Positions 1-8,193 of a stretch of DNA of 64,000 nucleotides are shown here, one piece after another. The stretch lies in the NCBI GenBank assembly GCA_034521595.1, contig JAXHMG010000003.1, positions 1,344,001 through 1,408,000 on the forward strand, written 5' to 3'. The DNA comes from Gemmatimonadota bacterium (GTDB lineage: Bacteria > Gemmatimonadota > Gemmatimonadetes > Longimicrobiales > Gaopeijiaceae). A program made the translations under genes and the position numbers. Within the stretch, counting starts at the first letter, position 1. Every line of letters begins with the position of its first letter. The notes beneath the pieces were generated by a model. It had not been told where the DNA came from and made no database searches. It worked only from the letters and a program-made list of their open reading frames with translations.

Positions 1-1
1 C

Positions 2-673
2 TTCGAGCCGGCGGCGGCGGAGGCGGCGACCGGGGAGCCGGCGGACGCGCCGCCCGCGGTGGAGGCGTCCGTTCGCTTCGAGCCGGTCCGCTTCGTGAAG
101 ATGAACGCCATCGCCGAGGCCGCGCTGGAGTTCGCCACGACGGCCGCCGAGATCGCCCTGGGTCTCATCGGCGTCCTGGCGCTCTTCCTGGGACTCCTGA
201 AGATCGCCGAGGAATCGGGCATCATCCATTCCCTGGTGCGCCTCGTGCGGCCCGTCCTGCGCCCGCTCTTCCCGGACATCCCCCCGGATCACCCCGCGCT
301 GGGCATGATCGCCCTCAACCTCACGGCCAACATCTTCGGGCTGGGCAACGCGGCCACGCCCTTCGGAATCAAGGCCATGGAGGAGCTCCAGGAGCTGAAC
401 CCCAGCGAGGACACGGCCACGAACTCGATGGTCATGCTCCTCGCCATGAACACCGCCAGCGTGCAGCTCGTGCCGCCCGTCCTCCTGCTGGCGCTCATGG
501 GCCTCCAGATCAATCAGTTGATCTTCGCCATCATCCTCACCACGGGCCTGTCGCTCGTCGTGGCCGTCACGGCGGCCCGCCTCTACGGCCGGATGCCGGG
601 CAGCCGCGCCTCGGATCCCCACGACCGTTCGGACGCGGGCACGACCCCGTCCGCGGCCGGCGGCACGGACTGA
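2..673 (+). CDS. spmA: SpmA-family (spore maturation protein A, nucleoside-recognition/Gate domain) membrane protein, 5' truncated by the window edge
   Basis: Motifs LFLGLLKIAEESG, LRPLFPDIPPDHPALGMIALNLTANIFGLGNAATPFGIKAMEELQELNP and MNTASVQLVP are typical of SpmA. The frame is open back to position 2. Confidence 0.9.
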   Translation, partial: FEPAAAEAATGEPADAPPAVEASVRFEPVRFVKMNAIAEAALEFATTAAEIALGLIGVLALFLGLLKIAEESGIIHSLVRLVRPVLRPLFPDIPPDHPALGMIALNLTANIFGLGNAATPFGIKAMEELQELNPSEDTATNSMVMLLAMNTASVQLVPPVLLLALMGLQINQLIFAIILTTGLSLVVAVTAARLYGRMPGSRASDPHDRSDAGTTPSAAGGTD

Positions 674-683
674 GGAGGCGATC

Positions 684-1226
684 ATGGAGACCATCCGTCA
701 GACCATCGGCCTGCTCTCGTACTTCGTCATCCCGCTCATGCTGGTGGGCTTCCCGCTCTACGGGCTCTACAAGCGAGTGCCGGTCTACGAGGCGTTCGTG
801 GAGGGGGCGAAGGAAGGATTCAGCGTCGCGGTCCGCATCATCCCGTACCTCGTCGCGATCCTCTTCGCCATCGGCATGTTCAGGGCCAGCGGCGCGATGG
901 AGTTCATGGTCGAGGCGCTGCGGCCGGCGCTCGCGCTGGTCGGCTTTCCCGCCGAGGTCCTGCCCATGGCCATCATCCGCCCCCTCTCGGGCTCGGGCTC
1001 GGCGGGCGTCGTGGCCGAGATGATCGCGACCTACGGGGAGGATTCGATCCTCGTGAAGATGGCCGCCGTCATGTTCGGCTCGACGGAGACCACCTTCTAC
1101 GTGGTGGCCGTGTACTTCGGGGCCGTGAACATCCGGCGCACCCGCCACGCGGTGCCGGCGGGGCTGACCGCCGACATCGCCGCCATGCTCTTCGCGGTGT
1201 GGAGCGTGCGGCTGTTGTTCGGATGA
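684..1226 (+). CDS. spmB: SpmB-family (spore maturation protein B) membrane protein
   Basis: VYEAFVEGAKEG, IIPYLVAILFAIGMFRASGA, IRPLSGSGS and GSTETTFYVVAVYFGAV..R.RHA are SpmB signatures. RBS GAGGAGG upstream. Confidence 0.93.
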   Translation: METIRQTIGLLSYFVIPLMLVGFPLYGLYKRVPVYEAFVEGAKEGFSVAVRIIPYLVAILFAIGMFRASGAMEFMVEALRPALALVGFPAEVLPMAIIRPLSGSGSAGVVAEMIATYGEDSILVKMAAVMFGSTETTFYVVAVYFGAVNIRRTRHAVPAGLTADIAAMLFAVWSVRLLFG

Positions 1227-2658
1227 GCGCCCGCTCCATGCACTTCCACCTGATCGGTATCGCGGGCACCGCCATGGGCTCCCTGGCGGGCCTGCTCCGC
1301 GAGAAAGGGCATGCCGTCACCGGCTCGGACGAGGGCGTCTATCCCCCCATGTCCACGATGCTCGACGCGCTCGGCATCGACTACGCCCACGGCTTCGACC
1401 CGTCGAACCTGGAGCCGGAGCCGGACGTGGTCGTCGTCGGCAACGCCATCAGCCGCGGCAACCCGGAGCTCGAGGCCGTGCTGGACCGGGGGCTCCGCTA
1501 CACCTCGGCCGCGGTGGTCCTCAAGGACGAGTTCCTCCAGGGCAAGCACGTCCTCGCCGTCGCGGGCACCCACGGCAAGACGACGACCGCGTCGCTCCTC
1601 GCGCACCTGCTGGAGCGCTCCGGGCTCGAGCCGTCGTTCCTGGTGGGCGGCGTGGTGGAGAGCTTCGGCACGTCGTTCCGGCTCACCGGATCGGATCTGT
1701 TCGTGATGGAGGCGGACGAGTACGACACGGCCTACTTCGACAAGGGGCCGAAGATGTGGCACTACCTGCCCCGGACGGCGGTGGTGACGAACGTGGAGTT
1801 CGACCACGCCGACATCTACCGCGACGAGATCGCCTACCGCTTCGCCTTCGAGCGCTTCGTGAACCTCGTGCCCCGCACGGGGACGCTGGTCATCGGGTGG
1901 GAGGGCGAGACCGAGCGCGCGCTCGCCGGCCGGTCCTGGGCGCCGGTGGAATCGTTCGGGCTCGACGAAGGAGGCTCCGGCACCCGCATCCCGGCTGGCG
2001 GGCCCGCGAGATCGAGTACACCTCGGAGGGCGCCACCTTCACGCTCGTCCACGACGGCCACGAGGTGGGGCGCTTCCGGACCCCCCTCACCGGCGCCTTC
2101 AACGTGCGGAACTGCCTCGCCGCCATGGCCGCGGCCCGCGCCGTGGGCGCGTCGTGGGAGGGGATCCGGGAGGGTCTCGCCACCTTCGAGCCGGTGCGGC
2201 GCCGGATGGAGATCCGCGGGGAGGTCGGAGGCGTGACCGTCATCGACGACTTCGCCCACCATCCCACGTCGGTCCGCGAGAGCGTGGCGGCCGCGCGCCA
2301 GCGGTTCGCGGACAGCCGGATCGTGGCCGTCTTCGAGCCCCGCAGCTATACGGCCCAACGCAAGGAGTTCGAAGACGCCTTCCGTGGGGCGCTCGGGACC
2401 GCCGACCGCGTCGTCCTCGCGGGGCTCTACCACCCCGAGCGCTACGACGCGCGCACCGGAATGGATCCGCGGGCGCTGGTGGAGGGGCTCCGGTCGGACG
2501 GCGTGGAGGCCGCCTACATTCCGGAGGTCGGCGACATCGTGCGCGCGGTGGCGTCCGAGGCCAGCGCCGGGGACGTGCTCCTCGTCATGTCGAACGGAGC
2601 GTTCGGGGGGATCCACGAGAAGCTCCTCGAGCGCCTGGCGTCCGCGGAACAGCGTTGA
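1223..2658 (+). CDS. mpl: UDP-MurNAc:L-Ala-gamma-D-Glu-mDAP ligase (murein peptide ligase), split by one frameshift near 1960-1995
   Basis: The first frame has HLIGIAGTAMGSLA, YPPMST, GNAISRGNPE, AGTHGKTTT, EADEYDTAYFDK and NVEFDHADIY. The second frame (ending 2658) has RRRME, IDDFAHHPT, FEPRS and MSNGAFGGIHEKLL. ATG at 1223 overlaps the spmB stop (ATGA). Confidence 0.9.
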
Positions 2659-2680
2659 AGGGGCCTCCCCCGGTGGCGGA

Positions 2681-4384
2681 CTATCGTCCGAGCGCCACCC
2701 CGCCCCGCCGCGGATCCGCCGCGCCCTCGAGCGTGCCGTCCGCCCGTACCCACACCGCCTGCACGTCGCCGGACATCTCATCGCGCTCCACCACCTCGTG
2801 CCCCAGGGCGCGCAGCTCCTCCACCACGCCGGCGGGGAGCCCGCCCGGCTCGACGTGGATCCGGTCCGGAAGGTGCTGATGATGCACGCGCGGCGCCGCG
2901 ACCGCGTCGGCCAGGCTCATCCCGTGGTCGGCCACGTTGGAGATCACCTGGAAGATCGTGGTCATGATGGTCGCGCCCCCCGGGTTCCCGACGACCATGA
3001 CGAGCCGCCCACCCTCGTCCAGGACCAGCGTGGGCGTCATCGTGGACAGCATGCGTTTGCCGGGCGCCACGGCGTTGGCCTCGCTCTGGACCAGGCCGAA
3101 GTGGTTCGGCACCCCGGGCTTGGCGGTGAAGTCGTCCATGTCGTTGTTCAGGAGCACGCCCGTGCCCTCCGCCACGACCTTGCTCCCGTACCACGTGTTG
3201 AGCGTCGTGGTGAGCGAGACGGCTCCGCCCTCGCCGTCGACGATGGAGACGTGCGTGGTGTGGCTACCCTCCCTCCGCGCCCGGAAGCCCTCCACGCCGG
3301 GGGTGACTTCCTTCGCGGCCGTCGCCGCCTCGGGGGAGAGCGACGCAGCCCGCCAGGCCCCGTACTCGGCGGAGATCAGCGTCTCGAGGGGGATCTCCGT
3401 GTAGTCCGGATCGGCGAGGTAGTGGTTGCGGTCCGCATAGGCCCGCTTCCACGCCTCGGCCAGCAGGTGCACGTGCCGTGCTCCGTGCCAGGCGAGGTCA
3501 CCCAGCGTCCACCCGGAGAGGATCTGCGCCATCGCGGCCAGAGTCACGCCGCCCGACGACGAGGGGGGCATGGAGACGATCGTGTGCCCGCGGTACCGGA
3601 ACCGGAGGGGCTCCCGCCACACGGAAGTGTACGACGCCAGATCCTCGTGCGTCAGGAGGCCGCCGCCGCGCCGCATCTCGTCGACCAGCAGGTCGGCGGT
3701 CTCCCCACGGTAGAAGCCGTCGGGGCCCGCGTCGCGGATGCGCTCCAGCGTCCGGACGAGGTCCGGCTGCCGGAGCTCGTCGCCCTCACACGGCACGGCG
3801 CCACCAGGAAGGAAGACGTCGGCGCTGGCGGGAAACCGGCGGAGCGCGGCCACGATGTGCGGCTCGTACGACCGCACCAGCCGGCGCCGTACCACGAAGC
3901 CCCGCGCCAGCGCCACCGCCGGCTCGACCAGCCGCGCCCACGCCATCGAGCCGAAGCGGACGTGGGCGTCCCACAGCCCCCGCACCGAGCCCGGCACGGC
4001 CACCGCCAGGTGACCGAGCTCGGATGCGTCCGTCACGGCACCGTCCGCATCGAGAAACATGTCCGGCGTGGCGCCCGACGGCGCGACGCTCCGAAAGTCC
4101 AGCGCGGCCGTCGCACCGCCGCCGGTGCGCACGAGCATGAACCCGCTCCCGCCCACGTTGCCGGCCTCCGGGTTCACGACCGCCAGCGCGAACGACACGG
4201 CCACGGCGGCGTCCACCGCGTTACCACCCTCCTCGAGCACGTCCACGCCCACCCGGCTCGCGTAACGGTCGGTGGTCGCCACCATGCCCCGCTCCGCCTC
4301 CACGGCCGCGCCGCCGAAGGGAAAGGGCCAGCGGACGGGCCAGTGCTCGAAGCCGGACGACGGGCTCACGGGTTCTTCGCTCAA
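2681..4384 (-). CDS. ggt: Gamma-glutamyltransferase (Ntn hydrolase), apparently without a signal peptide
   Basis: GGNAVDAAVA, GNVGGSGFML, autocleavage site HTTHVS, LLNNDMDDF, PGKRMLSTMTP and ADPRR. The start (TTG 4384 or GTG 4369) is uncertain; GGAGAGG lies upstream. Confidence 0.92.
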   Translation of the reverse strand: MSEEPVSPSSGFEHWPVRWPFPFGGAAVEAERGMVATTDRYASRVGVDVLEEGGNAVDAAVAVSFALAVVNPEAGNVGGSGFMLVRTGGGATAALDFRSVAPSGATPDMFLDADGAVTDASELGHLAVAVPGSVRGLWDAHVRFGSMAWARLVEPAVALARGFVVRRRLVRSYEPHIVAALRRFPASADVFLPGGAVPCEGDELRQPDLVRTLERIRDAGPDGFYRGETADLLVDEMRRGGGLLTHEDLASYTSVWREPLRFRYRGHTIVSMPPSSSGGVTLAAMAQILSGWTLGDLAWHGARHVHLLAEAWKRAYADRNHYLADPDYTEIPLETLISAEYGAWRAASLSPEAATAAKEVTPGVEGFRARREGSHTTHVSIVDGEGGAVSLTTTLNTWYGSKVVAEGTGVLLNNDMDDFTAKPGVPNHFGLVQSEANAVAPGKRMLSTMTPTLVLDEGGRLVMVVGNPGGATIMTTIFQVISNVADHGMSLADAVAAPRVHHQHLPDRIHVEPGGLPAGVVEELRALGHEVVERDEMSGDVQAVWVRADGTLEGAADPRRGGVALGR

Positions 4385-4511
4385 CGTGCGTGCATCCTCT
4401 CCGGGGTCTCGAGTCCGGAGCCTCGAGGGCTCGGGAGCGCCTGGGGCGTTCTCGTGGTGCTCGCGGCGGCCCCTCCTCGCGCGGGCGCCGCGGGTCGGTG
4501 ATAATCCTATC

Positions 4512-5459
4512 ATGATTCCACCCTCCGAAGCGACGCGCTCGCCCAGCGTCCCGCCCCGGGCCCTCCGGCCGGGCACGCGCATCGCCCTGGTGGCTCCCGC
4601 GGGCCCGGTGGACCCCGAGCGCGTGGAGGCCTCACAGGACCGCTGCCGTGCGCTGGGGATCGAGCCGGTGGTGTTTCCCGCGGCGCGGGCCCGCCACCGC
4701 TATCTGGCCGGCACCGACGCAGAGCGCCTCGCCGATCTCCAGGCCGCCTTCGACGACCCCGCGATCGACGGCGTCTGGGCGCTACGCGGTGGCTACGGCA
4801 CGCTCCGGATCCTCGACGCCCTGGACCTCGAACGGCAGCGGACCGACCCCATTCCGTTCATCGGCTTCAGCGACAACACCTCCATCCACGTGCGCCACGC
4901 CGCCCTGGGCGTCGTCTCCTTCCACGGCCCCCACCCCGGCGGCGATTTTCCTCCGGAGACCGAAGAGGCATTCCAGCGCGTGCTCTTCTCGGCCGACGCG
5001 CCGGGGCCGCTCGTGTCGCGGGACGGCGATCCTCCTGCGCGCACGCTGGAGCCCGGACGGGTCGAAGCCCCCCTGGTCGGGGGCAACCTGGCCCTCCTGG
5101 CCTCCATGTGCGGCACGCGCCACGCCCTCGACGCCCGGGGCTGCATCCTTTTTCTGGAGGACGTCGCCGAGCCGGCGTACCGGGTGGACCGCATGCTCCT
5201 CCAGCTCCGCGGCTCCGGGCTCCTCGACGGCGTCCTCGGGTTGGCGTTGGGACGCTTCACGGAGGATCCCGAAGGCGACACCCATCCCGTGGCCGAGGTT
5301 CTTCGGGAGCTCGCGGAGCACCTCGGCATCCCGGCGGTCGCCGACCTTCCCTTCGGCCACACCGAGCACAACTGCACGCTGCCCGTCGGGGGCCTCGCCC
5401 GATTGGAGGCGGACACCGCGACGCTCGTGCTCACTCAGGGCGCCGTGCGGGGGGAGTGA
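4512..5459 (+). CDS. ldcA: LD-carboxypeptidase, peptidase S66 (LdcA family)
   Basis: LRGGYG, FIGFSDNT (catalytic Ser), GGNL, FLEDVAE (Glu) and PFGH (His). Confidence 0.92.
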   Translation: MIPPSEATRSPSVPPRALRPGTRIALVAPAGPVDPERVEASQDRCRALGIEPVVFPAARARHRYLAGTDAERLADLQAAFDDPAIDGVWALRGGYGTLRILDALDLERQRTDPIPFIGFSDNTSIHVRHAALGVVSFHGPHPGGDFPPETEEAFQRVLFSADAPGPLVSRDGDPPARTLEPGRVEAPLVGGNLALLASMCGTRHALDARGCILFLEDVAEPAYRVDRMLLQLRGSGLLDGVLGLALGRFTEDPEGDTHPVAEVLRELAEHLGIPAVADLPFGHTEHNCTLPVGGLARLEADTATLVLTQGAVRGE

Positions 5460-5558
5460 CCGGGCGCTCACGTCAGACCCCGTCCGGGCGGCGCCGACGC
5501 CCGCCTCGTCCTCCGAATGGGCCAGACGACGGAGAGCACCGACCCAAGGGCCGTCCCA

Positions 5559-5645
5559 CCGGTCCACGTGACGATCCCCTACTCCGACGCGACTCGAGAG
5601 CTCAACCGCTGGCTAGCCCTCGTGACGTGGTTTCTGGCCAAACCC
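5559..5645 (+). pseudogene. Remnant resembling part of a DUF4389 membrane protein
   Basis: PVHVTIPYSDATRELNRWLALVTWFLAKP resembles the DUF4389 repeat pattern (..YPD..R.LNRWLPLVKW.LAIPH) as recalled; similarity is lost after this stretch. Confidence 0.55.
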
Positions 5646-5713
5646 AGTTGCAAAACGCCGGGCAGGCGGCCACCCTATCCATCTCACCCGACGATGCCCC
5701 GAACACGATGATC

Positions 5714-6772
5714 ATGCGTCCCAAGACTATTGCGTTCCTCGCCTCGCTCGCAGCGCTCCTTATCCTACCCGGAACCGCGCAAGCACAAGCCGGCGCCCCC
5801 TACAAGCTCGGCATGTTCGCCGAGGACCAACGGAGCTTCGTGGGCGTCGTGATCGACGATGCGGTCGTGGTGGATCTCTCCCGGGCCGAAGCCGACGCGC
5901 CGGAAACCCTCGCCGGGCTGATCGAGCAGTGGGACGAGTCCTGGGCGAACCGGATCGCGAGCTTGGCGGCCACGGCGCGCCAGAACCCGCCGGCGTACGT
6001 GTTCCCGCTCGACCGCCTGACCACGCTCCCGCCGCTCAGCGACCCCGACGTCCTCCTGATGGCGGCCCGCAACTACGTCGAGCACGCGGAGGAGATGGCG
6101 GCGGTGGGCCGAACCGCGGGAACGACCGACGAGATCGACGACAGCGTGCGAGTCGGGTTGCCGGGCATCTGGGACCGCGACCCCGACGACAACCGGCCGA
6201 ATCCCTACCTCTTCCCGAAGCTGAAGACCGCACTCTCGGCGAACGGCGATCCGATCGTGCTCCCGCCGGGACGCCCGAACATCGATTTCGAGTGCGAGCT
6301 GGTGGCGGTCGTGGGCCGCACCGCCAAGCGCATCTCCGTGGACGACGCGCTCGACCACGTCTTCGGCTACATGGCGATCGTGGACGTCTCCGACCGACAG
6401 GAGCGCGCGGACGGCCGCTACGGGTCGGACTGGTTCATGGGCAAGAGCCACGACTCGTTCGGCCCGAGCGGACCGTTCGTGGTCCCGGCCCCGTTCATCG
6501 GCGATCCGCAGGACCTCGACGTCCGCTACACGCTGAACGGCGAGCTCATGCAGGACGCCAACACGAGCCTCATGGTGCACACGGTGCGCGACCTGGTGTC
6601 GTTCGCCTCGCACATCGTCACGCTCGGGCCCGGTGACCTGGTCGGCACGGGCACCCCGGGCGGCGTGGGCGAAGGCCGGACGCCACCCGTCTACCTACAG
6701 GACGGTGACGTCGGCCAGTGCACCATCGAGGGCATCGGCACGCTGCGGAATCCGGTCGTGGACGCGCCGTAG
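5714..6772 (+). CDS. Fumarylacetoacetate hydrolase family protein with an N-terminal signal peptide
   Basis: ARNYVEH, PYLFPK, DFECEL, DVSDR, GKSHDSFGPSGP and TGTPGGVG. N-terminus MRPKTIAFLASLAALLILPGTAQA looks like a Sec signal. Alternative ATG at 5708. Confidence 0.88.
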   Translation: MRPKTIAFLASLAALLILPGTAQAQAGAPYKLGMFAEDQRSFVGVVIDDAVVVDLSRAEADAPETLAGLIEQWDESWANRIASLAATARQNPPAYVFPLDRLTTLPPLSDPDVLLMAARNYVEHAEEMAAVGRTAGTTDEIDDSVRVGLPGIWDRDPDDNRPNPYLFPKLKTALSANGDPIVLPPGRPNIDFECELVAVVGRTAKRISVDDALDHVFGYMAIVDVSDRQERADGRYGSDWFMGKSHDSFGPSGPFVVPAPFIGDPQDLDVRYTLNGELMQDANTSLMVHTVRDLVSFASHIVTLGPGDLVGTGTPGGVGEGRTPPVYLQDGDVGQCTIEGIGTLRNPVVDAP

Positions 6773-6794
6773 GGGTCGGGCTCAACGCCTCTAC
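6769..6794. terminator. Hairpin between convergent genes, incorporating both stop codons
   Basis: GTAGGGG (6769-6775) pairs with CCTCTAC (6788-6794) with one G-U pair; no U-tract. Confidence 0.4.
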
Positions 6795-7261
6795 CGCACG
6801 CAGGCCGCCGTCACCGTGTAGCGCTCCTCGCCCACCGCCGGCGTGACCTGCTCCTGCAAGCCCTCTTCCCACGGATTCTCGGTGGCGCCGGCGGGGAATA
6901 CCCCCAACATGCACTCCACACCGCGATGCCGGTACGCCAGGGTGCTGCCGTGGGCGCTGACGGTCGGCTCCATGAAGGGGCTCCACCCCCTCGCCTCGAG
7001 GGCCTCGCGGAGCTGGTCCACCACGGCTTGCGTGCTCTTCGCTCCCCCGGCCGCCGTGAGTCGGCAACCCCCCCGCACCTCGCCGGTTCGCCAGTCGGCC
7101 ACGGTGTCGGACCGGACCGCCACGACCATCGCCATCTCGTCTTCGAGCACGTCGCCGACGCCCGAGCAGAGCTCTTCCTGCGCCGCGCCCGGAGAAGGCA
7201 GCGTAGCGAGGAGTAAGGCGAGGCAGCCGAGCGCGGCCGGGACGGATCCGAATAGGCGCAT
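6791..7261 (-). CDS. Hypothetical secreted protein
   Basis: Signal-peptide-like MRLFGSVPAALGCLALLLATLPSPGAA, four Cys in the mature part, and TAGCTT 7 nt upstream of the ATG. Confidence 0.7.
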   Translation of the reverse strand: MRLFGSVPAALGCLALLLATLPSPGAAQEELCSGVGDVLEDEMAMVVAVRSDTVADWRTGEVRGGCRLTAAGGAKSTQAVVDQLREALEARGWSPFMEPTVSAHGSTLAYRHRGVECMLGVFPAGATENPWEEGLQEQVTPAVGEERYTVTAACVR

Positions 7262-7311
7262 GACCCGAAAGCTATGCCGCCCGTCGTTGGCGACCAACCG
7301 ACCCCGGCGCG

Positions 7312-8193
7312 CTATCGCTTCGCCGCCTCCTCGACGCGCCGCATCACCACGTTCACGAGCTGATCCGACGAGCCCGCCACCACGGCCCAGGCGTAGAGCG
7401 ACAGCTCCGTGTCGGCCTCGAGGGGGAGCAAGCCGCTCTGCAGGACGGTGACGACGATGACGGCGCTCAGCGCGCCGATGAACGGGCGCACGGTCCACCC
7501 CGAAGCCGAGCCCAGGAACTCGGGAATCCGCCCACCGACCCCCACCTGGCTCAGGATGTTGCTCAACAGGGCTCCGGTCCCCCCGGCCAGGACGATCACC
7601 GCCAGCGTCTCGGGGTGATGGAGGATCGACGGTGAGGCCACGGGGTCCAGAAAGAACGATACGGCCACGAGCACCAGCACGGCGGGAATCACGATCCACC
7701 GGAGGGCCGAGAACTGGACGGCGGCCGCGTTCAACTTGAAGTAGACGTTGGCGAAGTGCTGGTCGAGCAGGAACTGCGCCAGCGCCAGGTTCTCGGGGTC
7801 GACCTCTCCTTCCGTGTCGAGAAGGTCGAGGATGGCCCCACGGCGCCAGTTCGAGAGCTTCTCCTCGGCTTCCCAGCGGAGCGCCTTCCGGTGCGCCTCC
7901 CGGCTGGCGGGCGGCAGGGTCTGCAGCACGAATCGGGATGCCTGATGACAGTGCGCCCAGGCCACCTGGTCCTTTCCGTGCTCGGCGGCGTCCCGCGCGG
8001 TCGCCAAGCTGTTCCGCGCCATCCGTAGCGCGGCGCCGGGCCCCTCCGGAGGCGCCGAGGACTCCTGATACTCGACCATCCGATCGACCTCGGCCAAAGC
8101 CGCTTCGAGCCGCGCACGCCGGAGATCGTCGACACTGCTCGTCACCGCATGGTCTTCGTGCGTGGCGCGCGCACCTTCCTCGTCCCGGGTCAT
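7312..8193 (-). CDS. Uncharacterised membrane protein: helical N-terminal domain plus about 4 TM helices
   Basis: Hydrophobic C-terminal half with GGTGALLS, RPFIGALSA, LQSGLLP and AVVAGSSDQL. Start overlaps the NUDIX stop (ATGA). Confidence 0.8.
   Translation of the reverse strand: MTRDEEGARATHEDHAVTSSVDDLRRARLEAALAEVDRMVEYQESSAPPEGPGAALRMARNSLATARDAAEHGKDQVAWAHCHQASRFVLQTLPPASREAHRKALRWEAEEKLSNWRRGAILDLLDTEGEVDPENLALAQFLLDQHFANVYFKLNAAAVQFSALRWIVIPAVLVLVAVSFFLDPVASPSILHHPETLAVIVLAGGTGALLSNILSQVGVGGRIPEFLGSASGWTVRPFIGALSAVIVVTVLQSGLLPLEADTELSLYAWAVVAGSSDQLVNVVMRRVEEAAKR

Noticed and set aside
1955-1998. Programmed ribosomal frameshift in mpl
   Set aside because: No X-XXY-YYZ slippery site or evident stimulator, and no precedent I know of for Mur ligases.
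2384-4501. 705-aa plus-strand ORF and many other long overlapping ORFs (e.g. 13380-15245, 23523-25094, 51941-53506, 57817-59427, 60455-62389)
   Set aside because: Antisense or alternate-frame shadows of well-supported genes. They are Arg/Pro/Gly-rich with no motifs, as expected from stop-codon scarcity at high GC.
5108-5713. Long N-terminal extensions in the ORF track (also 7938-8855, 32207-33076, 36516-37070, 38355-39674, 49888-51087)
   Set aside because: They overlap neighbouring real genes. Signal peptides, lipoboxes, RBSs or -10 boxes support the shorter starts.
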